IMG/VR virus record: IMGVR_UViG_3300025093_000002
Location: 28,089 to 92,088 of that record
Strand: one strand, 5' to 3'
DNA: 64,000 bases
From: a virus
Shown here: in pieces, positions 8,210-16,855 of the stretch
How the letters are laid out: the number at the start of each line of letters is the position of its first letter
Numbering within the stretch: the first letter of the stretch is position 1
Translations under genes and position numbers: made by a program
The notes under the pieces: model-generated
Databases searched by the model: none
Told to the model about the DNA's origin: nothing
Seen by the model: only the letters and a program-made list of their open reading frames with translations

Positions 8210-8589
8210 TCAATGGTTTTGCGAGGGCGCTTCCCGTTCGGCGGGTTCTTTCGCACTTTGGCGACGAACGGCTTCGTCCGCTCTCTCACCCACTTCTCAT
8301 CCCCCATGAACGGCATCGTGTAGATCTGGCTCTCCGCGTGATAGCGGGTGATGAGCAGGAAGCCGGCTTCCTCAAGCTCGACTAGCGCGGTCGCCAGCGT
8401 CGTGCGGCTCATGTGCGCGTGCTTCGTCAACCAGGTGTAGCTGGGCTTCAACTCTTCCCTCGCCTCTGGCTGAAAGAACGTCGCGAATAGCAGGCCGACG
8501 CGCACCGCGCTCGCGCCCACTTCATTGCACCGCGCGAGCTCGTAGAGCCAATCGACGCGGTTCTGGTTCCATCGCTGCACATAATCCAT
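8197..8589 (-). CDS. Winged-HTH protein resembling the N-terminus of phage replication initiators
   Basis: PSYTWLTKHAHMSRTTLATALVELEEAGFL; convergent with cI. Confidence 0.7.
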   Translation of the reverse strand: MDYVQRWNQNRVDWLYELARCNEVGASAVRVGLLFATFFQPEAREELKPSYTWLTKHAHMSRTTLATALVELEEAGFLLITRYHAESQIYTMPFMGDEKWVRERTKPFVAKVRKNPPNGKRPRKTIESKN

Positions 8590-8602
8590 CCCTCGCTTGT
8601 AA

Positions 8603-8676
8603 GGGAACGGTCCCGTTCGCGCAATCCAAATAATCGGGATTGGTCCCTTGACGCGGGATTTGTCCCGTGCTTATCT
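8603..8676 (+). promoter_or_regulatory. OL-like operators and pL-like promoter of A
   Basis: GGGA-N4-TCCC at 8603-8614, 8636-8647 and 8655-8666; TTGACG at 8648-8653. Confidence 0.75.
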
Positions 8677-8738
8677 GTTCTGGACAAAGCGAGCGGCCCC
8701 GACGACTTCCCGCCGCTCTCAACACCGGGAGAACCGAA

Positions 8739-9032
8739 ATGCACGCAGACCTGAATGACCACCCCTTTTCCACGCAGTCCGTCGAAGCAGAAAGCGGCGT
8801 CTGCCACAGCGAGCGTGCATGGCTCCGCTTCTGCGACGAATGCGAGCGCCTTCTGGGCCATAGCCTTGACGGCTGCGACGACTTCACCGCCCGCGCTAAC
8901 AACGTCGGGTGCGGGTACTCGATCGATGAGGCGTTCGTCGCCTTCGAGGGATGCGAAACGGCAGAACAGTACGTCGCCAGTGTCAAGCGCCGCGAGCGCT
9001 ACGACGGCGGAGCATTCGTCCGCGAAGCCTGA
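8739..9032 (+). CDS. Hypothetical early protein
   Basis: GGAG RBS; first ORF after pL. Confidence 0.6.
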   Translation: MHADLNDHPFSTQSVEAESGVCHSERAWLRFCDECERLLGHSLDGCDDFTARANNVGCGYSIDEAFVAFEGCETAEQYVASVKRRERYDGGAFVREA

Positions 9033-9044
9033 GCCTTCCGGTCT

Positions 9045-9064
9045 CCCCTCTTCGGAGGGGTTTC
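9045..9064 (+). terminator. tL1-like hairpin
   Basis: CCCCTC-TTCG-GAGGGG followed by TTT. Confidence 0.45.
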
Positions 9065-9128
9065 CCGAATGCTCCGAGCGGTTCGCCGCTCTCAACACCA
9101 CCGGCCAAGGGCCAGCAGGGAGAACCAG

Positions 9129-9329
9129 ATGACGCCTAAGCACCCCGACATTCATGTTCAACTGACCGGCGAAGATGGCAACGCATTCTTCATCATCAGT
9201 CGTGTGCGCAAAGCACTTAGCCGTGCGGGCGTCGAGCAAGACGAAATCAAGAGCTTCTCTGACGAAGCCATGAGCGGCGACTACGACAACGTTCTTCGCA
9301 CCGCCATGAAGTGGGTGTCGGTCGCCTAG
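9129..9329 (+). CDS. Conserved small phage protein
   Basis: VQLTGEDGNAF...SGDYDNVL pattern; GGAG RBS. Confidence 0.7.
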   Translation: MTPKHPDIHVQLTGEDGNAFFIISRVRKALSRAGVEQDEIKSFSDEAMSGDYDNVLRTAMKWVSVA

Positions 9330-9385
9330 CCGCGCCTTCCAGCGCACCCCCTCACCCAGACAGACGGAAATGGAAGGACAGACAG

Positions 9386-9802
9386 ATGAGCCGTTCTGGA
9401 TATTGCGACGACATAGACGACCAGTGGGCGCACATTCGGTGGCGCGGCGCGGTTTCAAGCGCAATCCGTGGCAAGCGCGGGCAGGCTTTTCTCACTGAAA
9501 TGGCCGAAGCTATGGACGCCCTGCCGGAGAAGAAGCTCGTGGCAATGGAGCTTGAGGCGAACGGCAGCGTCTGCGCTATCGGCGCAGTCGGCAAAGCGCG
9601 CGGCGTCGATATGTCGAAGTTGGACCCTGAGGATTATTCGCGGGTCGCCTACACGTTCGGCATCAGTGACGCGCTGGCCCAAGAAATCGTCTTCATGAAC
9701 GACGAGGCCGGTTTCTACAAAGAGACGGAAGAGCAGCGCTTTGAGCGGATGCGCTCTTGGGTGGCGAGCAATCTTCGCAAGCCTGCCGAAGGTGCCTCAT
9801 GA
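9386..9802 (+). CDS. Conserved phage protein
   Basis: MSRSGYCDD...WRGAVSSAIRGKRGQAFL pattern. Confidence 0.7.
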   Translation: MSRSGYCDDIDDQWAHIRWRGAVSSAIRGKRGQAFLTEMAEAMDALPEKKLVAMELEANGSVCAIGAVGKARGVDMSKLDPEDYSRVAYTFGISDALAQEIVFMNDEAGFYKETEEQRFERMRSWVASNLRKPAEGAS

Positions 9803-9890
9803 GACGCCTTCTTTTCCTCATCGCGGTTGTGGCTATCGGCGTCGGTGCCTTGGACGACATCCCGCACATGCCGAAGACGGAGACGGTTCG

Positions 9891-10169
9891 ATGAAGCCGC
9901 GCCCGCTTGAAGAATGGCACGAGGAAGACGGCGATGTCGTCTGGTGGTGCTGGCAAGACGGCCAGTGGCTTGGTGAGCCCGCCTATATCGGCAGCCCGCT
10001 TTGCCTTGGGCTGACGGTCGAATGCCACACTCAGGCGCAGAACGGCGAAACGCCCGCTGCCCGGTTCGAGGTCGGCGGCTGGCCCGGATACCACACGCAC
10101 TGGACGCCTCACCCGGACTTTCCAGAGCCCCCGCACATGCCTTCCATTCACCCATCAAGCCAGCAGTAG
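9891..10169 (+). CDS. Hypothetical phage protein
   Basis: RPLEEWHEEDGDVVWW...YHTHWTP pattern. Confidence 0.6.
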   Translation: MKPRPLEEWHEEDGDVVWWCWQDGQWLGEPAYIGSPLCLGLTVECHTQAQNGETPAARFEVGGWPGYHTHWTPHPDFPEPPHMPSIHPSSQQ

Positions 10170-10181
10170 GAGACGACGACA

Positions 10182-10517
10182 ATGACCCGTCACATCTTCA
10201 CAGCGCAGATCGTAGACGACCAGTTCGGCGCGATTGTCATCCCCGACATTGAGGCGGAACTGACAGTCGATATCGACCACGGCGACGAGCCGGAAGTCAC
10301 CGTCACGGGCGTCTGGATCGAGGACGCGAAGCGGCGCGGGTTCGTCAATATCACGCGCAGTTCCGACAAGCTGCTTCGTCTCATCGCTGCGGAAATCATC
10401 CGCCAGGCTGACGAGGACGACGCGTGGAAATGCGACGTGCTTAAGGCCGAAGGATATCAGTGGCGCGGGCTTGGGGCAAACGACCCCGACGCCCATTGGC
10501 ATCAGGTGGCGTTCTGA
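10182..10517 (+). CDS. Hypothetical phage protein
   Basis: AGGAG RBS. Confidence 0.6.
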   Translation: MTRHIFTAQIVDDQFGAIVIPDIEAELTVDIDHGDEPEVTVTGVWIEDAKRRGFVNITRSSDKLLRLIAAEIIRQADEDDAWKCDVLKAEGYQWRGLGANDPDAHWHQVAF

Positions 10518-10786
10518 TGTCCGACTTTGACGCCTACGAGTTCGCCAACATCGAAGCCAGCAGAATGAGCGCGAACCCCATCAAGCGGTTTACGTTGCCA
10601 GATAGCGCATCTGACGGTGCAGGCGTCGATTTTGTTCAGATCCACCGCAGCGCCCACCGTGGAGGTGACTATAATCTGGCACTCATTGGCTACGGCTTTG
10701 AAGCTAGCCGCTACCTGACACGCGACGAGATGGAGCAGCTTCGTGACTGGATTGTGATCGCCCTCGCCAATGAGGCCGCGTCATGA
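10517..10786 (+). CDS. Chimeric hypothetical protein
   Basis: First 16 codons resemble the start of the downstream gene family; MSANPIKR follows. Confidence 0.55.
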   Translation: MSDFDAYEFANIEASRMSANPIKRFTLPDSASDGAGVDFVQIHRSAHRGGDYNLALIGYGFEASRYLTRDEMEQLRDWIVIALANEAAS

Positions 10787-10989
10787 GCCCGCTTGATATT
10801 CACGAGCTGTCGACTATCGAAGCCAGCCGCATTGAACGCGAGACGTGGGAACTTCCCGCTGCTGTTCGCGCTCGCTTTGCCGACCATGCCTTGAGCGTTG
10901 GCCGTGCTGATGTCGCCCGCGAATTTCTCACCGAACCCGAGGCTGAGCGCATCGTCGCTGAGGCCAGCAATCAGATGGAGGCCGCGTAG
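10783..10989 (+). CDS. Hypothetical phage protein
   Basis: Near-identical to 61102-61311. Confidence 0.65.
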   Translation: MSPLDIHELSTIEASRIERETWELPAAVRARFADHALSVGRADVAREFLTEPEAERIVAEASNQMEAA

Positions 10990-11292
10990 ATGCCACAGCA
11001 CCGACAACTCGAAGACAAGTTCATTCTGCGCATGCCAGACGGCCTTCGCGAGCAGATTAAAACTGACGCGAAAGCCAACAGCCGAAGCATGAACTCGGAA
11101 ATCCTCGCTCGCCTTTCAGGGCAGCAGCGCACCCTTCGCGACGAGTTCGCCGGGCGCATTGCCGCTGGGTGCGTCTCTAACCCCGACACGCGCGCCGGGA
11201 GCGGAGACCTCAGGGCATTCGACGCTACGATAGCGCGTCGTTCTTACGAAATGGCCGATGCGCTACTCGCTGCACGCGAGGCGAAGCCATGA
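10990..11292 (+). CDS. Arc-family ribbon-helix-helix protein
   Basis: KFILRMPDGLREQIK...RSMNSEILARL. Confidence 0.85.
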   Translation: MPQHRQLEDKFILRMPDGLREQIKTDAKANSRSMNSEILARLSGQQRTLRDEFAGRIAAGCVSNPDTRAGSGDLRAFDATIARRSYEMADALLAAREAKP

Positions 11293-11558
11293 ACATCCGC
11301 GCCCACTTCCCCATTCCCGGCGAACAGCTCGTCTCGGAAGCAAGGCAAGCCCGCTCGGATAGGGCTGCATCCATCATCCGCGACTGCATCACGCTTCTTC
11401 GCAACAGCCATCGCCGCTCGTTCGAATACAAGGCGCAGGCTCTGGATTATCCGGTCGGCTCTGAACCCTTCAATCGCTACCGCAAATGGAGCGACGAGCA
11501 GCGCACCAACATGCGCAGGGCTATCCGCGAAATCCGCATCGAAAGGACGCACCTGTGA
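11289..11558 (+). CDS. Hypothetical phage protein
   Basis: FPIPGEQLVSEARQA shared with 61505-61699. Confidence 0.6.
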   Translation: MNIRAHFPIPGEQLVSEARQARSDRAASIIRDCITLLRNSHRRSFEYKAQALDYPVGSEPFNRYRKWSDEQRTNMRRAIREIRIERTHL

Positions 11559-12058
11559 GCTTTATTCAAGCAGACGCCGCGAACGTGAAGGCAGCGATTG
11601 CCGACATGATGGCGCAGTTCCCCGAACTGGCTGACGACTCCGAGTTGCGGGCCGACATGTTCGAAGGCGAAACCGACCTCAACCGCGTCATCGACAAGGC
11701 CATCCGCGAGAAGTTGGATGCCGACACGATGGCAGCGGCCATCAAGGAACGCGTGTCCGACCTCTCCGAGCGCAAGCGCCGCCAGGAGCGTCGTGCCGAG
11801 GCCATGAAGGGCTTGGTCAAGAGCCTGATGCTCGCCGCCGACTTGCCAAAGGTTGTCCTTCCTGACGCCACGGTGAGCATCACCAAGCCGCGCACGAAGG
11901 TCAACGTCACCGACATTGACGCTCTGCCGCAGGGGTTCTTCGTGACCGAGCGCAAGGCGAAGTCTGCCGAAATCAAGACCGCCTTGGAAGCGGGCGAACA
12001 GATCCCCGGCGCCGAACTCGTGCTGGGCGAAGAGAGCATCATGGTGAGGACGAAATGA
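11555..12058 (+). CDS. Gp157-like (Mu Gam-like) protein
   Basis: EGETDL...coiled coil...IPGAEL; precedes the recombinase. Confidence 0.75.
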   Translation: MSFIQADAANVKAAIADMMAQFPELADDSELRADMFEGETDLNRVIDKAIREKLDADTMAAAIKERVSDLSERKRRQERRAEAMKGLVKSLMLAADLPKVVLPDATVSITKPRTKVNVTDIDALPQGFFVTERKAKSAEIKTALEAGEQIPGAELVLGEESIMVRTK

Positions 12059-12753
12059 CCGAAAACCTCGCACTCTGGGAGAAGCTGGGAAAGACTGACC
12101 CGGCCCATACGAAGGGCTTCAAGCGCGGCGGTGGGTTCACCGGAACCGCTATCAAGCCGATGTGGTCCTACAAGCGCATGACTGAAGAATTCGGGCCGTG
12201 CGGGACTGGCTGGGGCGTGGGCGAGCCATCCTTTCAGGTCGTGCCGGGACCGGAAGGCGAAGTACTTGTCTTCTGCACCGCGTCGATTTGGTACGGCAGG
12301 CCAAACGAAGAGCGCGCGACGGTCTACGGCGTGGGCGGCGACAAGGTTGTCGGCAAGAACAAGTTCGGCCTCAACAGCGACGACGAGGCTTTCAAGAAAG
12401 CCTTTACCGACGCCATCACGAACGCCCTGAAGCTCATCGGCGTGGGCGCTGATGTGCACATGGGCCTGTTTGACGACAGCAAATACGTCAACACGCTCAA
12501 GCAGGAATTCACGGACGAGAAGCCAGCCGATAAGCCGAAGCCAACCAGCGCCGCTGAAATGAAGCGCGGCCTTGAGGCTATCGACCAAGACCTTCTCGAC
12601 TGCCCGACCATCGCGGAAGTGAACAAGTGCGCCAAGATTTGGGCATCAATCATGGACCGCGATGAGTGGACCAAGGACTACCGCGAGATTGCGGCTCCGA
12701 AGTTCAAAGCACGACGCGATGCAATCAACAACGAACAGAAGGAAGTTGCCTGA
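12055..12753 (+). CDS. Sak/Rad52-like single-strand annealing protein
   Basis: MTEEFGPCGTGWG...AFKKAFTDAITNAL...GVGADVHMG. Confidence 0.7.
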   Translation: MTENLALWEKLGKTDPAHTKGFKRGGGFTGTAIKPMWSYKRMTEEFGPCGTGWGVGEPSFQVVPGPEGEVLVFCTASIWYGRPNEERATVYGVGGDKVVGKNKFGLNSDDEAFKKAFTDAITNALKLIGVGADVHMGLFDDSKYVNTLKQEFTDEKPADKPKPTSAAEMKRGLEAIDQDLLDCPTIAEVNKCAKIWASIMDRDEWTKDYREIAAPKFKARRDAINNEQKEVA

Positions 12754-13136
12754 TGAAGGCTATCGTAATCGCCGGCCGTCTCGGCAAGGACTCCGAACTC
12801 CGCAGGACACAGAAGGGCGATGCCGTTCTTGGCTTCTCCGTTGCCGTCGATGATGGCTATGGCGACAGCAAGCGCACGCTCTGGTTCGAATGCAGCTTAT
12901 TCGGCAAGCGCGGACAGTCACTTGAAGGCGCATTGACCAAGGGCAAACAGGTGACCGTCTCGGGCGATTTTTCCACCCGCGAATATGAGGGCAAGACCTT
13001 CATGACCGTGAACGTCAACGACGTGACGCTTCAGGGCGGCGGCAACGAGCGCCAGCAGCAGACGGCGAAGTCATCCTATGACGAACCCGACAACCGTTCG
13101 ACAGCCGAAGCGCTGGACGACGACCTGCCATTTTGA
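12753..13136 (+). CDS. ssb: Single-stranded DNA-binding protein
   Basis: OB-fold start GRLGKD; acidic tail DDDLPF. Confidence 0.9.
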   Translation: MKAIVIAGRLGKDSELRRTQKGDAVLGFSVAVDDGYGDSKRTLWFECSLFGKRGQSLEGALTKGKQVTVSGDFSTREYEGKTFMTVNVNDVTLQGGGNERQQQTAKSSYDEPDNRSTAEALDDDLPF

Positions 13137-13144
13137 GGTGAGCC

Positions 13145-13543
13145 ATGGGCCGCGCGCTTCTCGTCATCAACTCAACCGCCGAACGCCAGAAGGCCGCTGC
13201 TTGGGTGCAGCAAGCCCCCTGGGGAACGCGCATTGAATACAAGGGGCCGAAGCGCACCCTGCCCCAGAACGACCGCCTGTGGGCCATGCTGACGGACGTA
13301 GCCACGCAACTGACGTGGCACGGCGTTCGCCTCACGCCCGACGACTGGAAGCTCATGTTCCTCGATGGCTTGAAGCGCGAACTGCGCATGGTGCCGAACA
13401 TCGAGGGCAACGGGTTCGTGAACTTGGGACGCTCTTCGTCCGACTTGGACAAACAGGAGATGAGCGACCTTTTCATCATCATCGAAGCGTTCGGCGCAAA
13501 GCATGGCGTCACGTTTCACGACCGTCAGGAGCGAGCCGCATGA
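13145..13543 (+). CDS. ninB: NinB-family recombination protein
   Basis: KRTLPQNDRLWAML...SSSDLDKQEMSDL. Confidence 0.85.
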   Translation: MGRALLVINSTAERQKAAAWVQQAPWGTRIEYKGPKRTLPQNDRLWAMLTDVATQLTWHGVRLTPDDWKLMFLDGLKRELRMVPNIEGNGFVNLGRSSSDLDKQEMSDLFIIIEAFGAKHGVTFHDRQERAA

Positions 13544-13724
13544 GCCTCCCCCTCACCGCCCCTAGCTCTGTCCGCCGCTCTAAGAGGCGGTGCGCGCAGT
13601 ATGTCGAGACACACGAGCAGCTTCGACGCGAAGTCGAGATTATGCGCCAGTCCGATGGCCTTGGAGCATGGCTTGCCGATGCCCTTGAGGCTGAGATGGG
13701 CTGCTTTGATGCGGAGGCGGCGGC

Positions 13725-14093
13725 ATGAGCCAGGATGTCGGCACCACGAAGCGTAAGGCCATGTCACCCACGCGGCGGTTGCGCATCTGGGAAGCGCACG
13801 GCGGGCAATGCTGCATCTGTCAGGGCAAGATAGACGGCGTTCGTGAGCGCTGGATTGTCGAGCACGTGCGCCCGCTCGCTCTGGGTGGTGAAGATGCAGA
13901 CACGAATTGCGCGCCGGCTCATGAGGCGTGCGCCTCGTCCAAGACGAAAGCCGACATCGCCCAGATTTCCAAGGCCAAGCGCCAGAAGCAAAAGCATATC
14001 GGCATCAAGGCCAAATCAGGCCTGTCCCACCCATTCCTGAAAAAACGCATGGACGGCACGGTCGTTGACCGCCGCACCGGAGAGGTTTTGTGA
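13725..14093 (+). CDS. HNH endonuclease
   Basis: CCIC...EHVRPLALGGED...NCAPAH. Confidence 0.8.
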   Translation: MSQDVGTTKRKAMSPTRRLRIWEAHGGQCCICQGKIDGVRERWIVEHVRPLALGGEDADTNCAPAHEACASSKTKADIAQISKAKRQKQKHIGIKAKSGLSHPFLKKRMDGTVVDRRTGEVL

Positions 14094-14395
14094 TGACCAC
14101 CCCTGCCCCGAATGACGACCTGGTGCGCGCCGGTCTTGAGGCCGCTTACAAGGCCAGCAGCGACTACGTGATGATCGTGGACGACCGGATGCAGCAAATG
14201 CTCCGTGTCGCCATCCGCGCATATCTCGCGGCGTCTGAGCCAGCCCAAGCCGAAAGGATTTCGGTGCTGGAGCGGGCGCTGGGGCCGTTCGCAGCCGAGG
14301 CTGACGCGCGGAAGAGCAAAGACTTGCGTGGTGCGGTTTGCTTCAACCAGTCGCTGCTCATCGCCGCCCGCGCAGCCCTGAAAGGAGCCCGCTAA
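14090..14395 (+). CDS. Hypothetical phage protein
   Basis: Coupled ORF. Confidence 0.55.
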   Translation: MMTTPAPNDDLVRAGLEAAYKASSDYVMIVDDRMQQMLRVAIRAYLAASEPAQAERISVLERALGPFAAEADARKSKDLRGAVCFNQSLLIAARAALKGAR

Positions 14396-15147
14396 TGGAC
14401 AGCATCGAACAGGCGCGGGAAGCGCTGACGAAGGCCAAGAAGGTGCTTGGGCAAATCCCCGGCGACGTGGACAGCTTCGCAGCATTCGATGCCGTTGATA
14501 CTGCCCTCGCCGCCCTCTCCCGTCAGGTGGAGGGGGAGCCGGTCGAGTGCCCGACTTGCAACGGCACCGGAAACGAAGGGCGAAACTCACTATGTCGGGA
14601 TTGTGATGACCCATTCGCCGCCCCGCCCGTCGCTGATAGCGAAGCACTGCGGGAGCGGGTGGACGAGGACGACGCCGAAATGACATGGCGCGATCTTGCC
14701 TTGCAGTTTGACGGCCAGCGGACGCAGGCGATGCAAATACTGCGCGCGATCCGCGACGGCCACGACATGAAAGACATGGTTGCCGAGTTCGTCGCCGCAC
14801 CGCCGTTGTTAGGCGAGGAAGTCCTCGCTGCTCGCATAGCCCGTCTCGCACAAGCCGGGTGCGGGCCAGCGTCGGATTATCAAAACCCCATTCGCAACGA
14901 TAAGGGCGACATCGTCGCTTACCGAGACGAAGCAGGAAACGTCGGGTGGGTCGGAACGCTTAAGGCCGAGGGCGGGCCAGCGGTGACGGAAGCGCGCGAC
15001 AAGGTGTTGGCTACCTTCACCTACAAGATGGCCGTCGAAACGCGCGCGTCCACGAATTACGCCGTACAATTCTGCGCAGCTTTCGCGTCTGCCCTCGAAG
15101 CCGCCCTCCATCCCCAATCGGCGGCAGGGGAGGAAGGGAAGCCATGA
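14395..15147 (+). CDS. Mosaic hypothetical protein with CxxCxGxG motif
   Basis: GGAG RBS; CPTCNGTG. Confidence 0.55.
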   Translation: MDSIEQAREALTKAKKVLGQIPGDVDSFAAFDAVDTALAALSRQVEGEPVECPTCNGTGNEGRNSLCRDCDDPFAAPPVADSEALRERVDEDDAEMTWRDLALQFDGQRTQAMQILRAIRDGHDMKDMVAEFVAAPPLLGEEVLAARIARLAQAGCGPASDYQNPIRNDKGDIVAYRDEAGNVGWVGTLKAEGGPAVTEARDKVLATFTYKMAVETRASTNYAVQFCAAFASALEAALHPQSAAGEEGKP

Positions 15148-15368
15148 AGCGCGTCGTTTTCACCAGCGAAGCGAGCGCTGCACTGTGCAAGGCGCTTCGC
15201 ATCCACACGTGGATTGACACCACGTCCTACACCTCGTTGTTCGGCATTCAGGCACGGCTTGCCCCAAGGCAGTGGGCGCATGTAGCCGCCAATGGTGCGC
15301 CGCTGCTATTCGACACAGAAGCCGAAGCGCGCCGCAAGATGGGCGACCTGTTGGAGCGCCAGCCATGA
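15144..15368 (+). CDS. Hypothetical phage protein
   Basis: ATGA-coupled. Confidence 0.5.
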   Translation: MKRVVFTSEASAALCKALRIHTWIDTTSYTSLFGIQARLAPRQWAHVAANGAPLLFDTEAEARRKMGDLLERQP

Positions 15369-15673
15369 AGACGGCAAGGGAGATAATCGCGGTCACGGTG
15401 GACCGAACGAACGGAGAATGGTGGGCCGACGCCATCATCGCCGCTCTCGCTGCCGAGGGGTTCAGCATCGTGGAGACAGGACGCGACCCGGTGACGATTG
15501 AGGCGTGCGCAGAGATTGCCGAGGGCGGTGTCGTGTTCGGCAACCAGAACGAGGTCTACGCCTGTGGCGATATGATGGACGCATGGGAGATGGGCGCTGA
15601 CGACGCTGGCTCTTCCGTCGCCAAGGCCATCCGCTCCCTCTCCCGCTCTACAAGGGAGGGGAAGACAGAATGA
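15365..15673 (+). CDS. Hypothetical phage protein
   Basis: ATGA-coupled; IEACAEIAE pattern. Confidence 0.5.
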   Translation: MKTAREIIAVTVDRTNGEWWADAIIAALAAEGFSIVETGRDPVTIEACAEIAEGGVVFGNQNEVYACGDMMDAWEMGADDAGSSVAKAIRSLSRSTREGKTE

Positions 15674-15873
15674 GCCGCGTAAGAGCATTCACGCGCTCGG
15701 AAATCATGGACGCTGCACGTGCCGCCGCAGAGAACGGCATGTGTGCCCGCCTGACGCCCGATGGAGAAATTGAGTTCACGCCAGAGCCTCGGAAGCGCAG
15801 TATGCCGAAACCGACGCCGGAAGAGCTGCTGGAGGGGTTTCTGAATGGAAGGCAAGTTGGTGGGCGTGCATAG
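15670..15873 (+). CDS. Putative excisionase/recombination directionality factor
   Basis: Small ORF overlapping the int start. Confidence 0.5.
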   Translation: MSRVRAFTRSEIMDAARAAAENGMCARLTPDGEIEFTPEPRKRSMPKPTPEELLEGFLNGRQVGGRA

Positions 15874-16855
15874 GGTCAAGGCCAAGCTTAAGGATGGAAC
15901 CGAGGTCGAATACCACTACGCCTGGCGCGGTGGACCTCGGATGCGTTCACGGCCTGGAACGAAAGCCTTCAGCCAGGAATTCGTGCGACTGACACGCGAC
16001 CGGCCTCAGAAAGTCTTGGAAGCGTCGTTCGGATGGCTGATAGACGACTATCTCAAGAGCGCGCATTACCAGAAGCTGCGGCCTAGCACCAAGCGCGATT
16101 ATGACCGTATCATCGGCGCTATCAAGCTTCGGTTCTCTCCCATGCCTATCGGTGCAATAGAGGCGCGTGGCGCGCGCAAGGCGTTCAGCGACTGGCGAGA
16201 CACTATGCGGGACACGCCGCGCTCTGCCGACATGCACATGGCCGTTCTGGCGCGCATTCTGTCTTGGGCGAAAGACCGCGAACTCATATCGAAGAACCCG
16301 CTAGAGCGGATATCGAAGCTCCACAGCGGCAGCCGGAAGGATGTCATCTGGACGCCCTCCCAGATCGCCGCAATCATGAAGGCCTCGCCTCACATCGTTG
16401 ACGTGGTGAAGATTGCGCTCTGGACTATGCAGCGGCAAGGCGACGTTCTGACCATGCCGACGCTGGCGCATTCTGACGACATGCTCTGGATTGTGCAGGG
16501 AAAGACCGGAGCACGCGTTCGCGTCCGGCCGGCAGATGAATTACAGCCGATCCTGACGCGGGCGAAGGAAGCCAACCGCCAGCGCGTCCTCGTGAACAGC
16601 TACGGGCAGAATTGGACTTCAAGCGGCTTTCGCGCGTCGTGGCGGAAGGAGCTGGCTCGCCTCAAGATTGAAGGCGTGACGTTCCACGATTTGCGTGGAA
16701 CCGGCATCAGTTACGCATATGCTGGGGGGATGGATATCGAGCGGATCGCTGAGATATCAGGGCACTCTAAGGGCGAGTGCGAAGCGATAATCCGCAAGAA
16801 CTACCTGGCGGGCGGCGACGTGATCGAGGCGATCAGAGCAGGAACAAGAGTGTAA
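15845..16855 (+). CDS. int: Tyrosine integrase
   Basis: TMQRQGD (R), FHDLRGT (HxxR), SGH and NYL catalytic residues; adjacent to att. Confidence 0.92.
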   Translation: MEGKLVGVHRVKAKLKDGTEVEYHYAWRGGPRMRSRPGTKAFSQEFVRLTRDRPQKVLEASFGWLIDDYLKSAHYQKLRPSTKRDYDRIIGAIKLRFSPMPIGAIEARGARKAFSDWRDTMRDTPRSADMHMAVLARILSWAKDRELISKNPLERISKLHSGSRKDVIWTPSQIAAIMKASPHIVDVVKIALWTMQRQGDVLTMPTLAHSDDMLWIVQGKTGARVRVRPADELQPILTRAKEANRQRVLVNSYGQNWTSSGFRASWRKELARLKIEGVTFHDLRGTGISYAYAGGMDIERIAEISGHSKGECEAIIRKNYLAGGDVIEAIRAGTRV

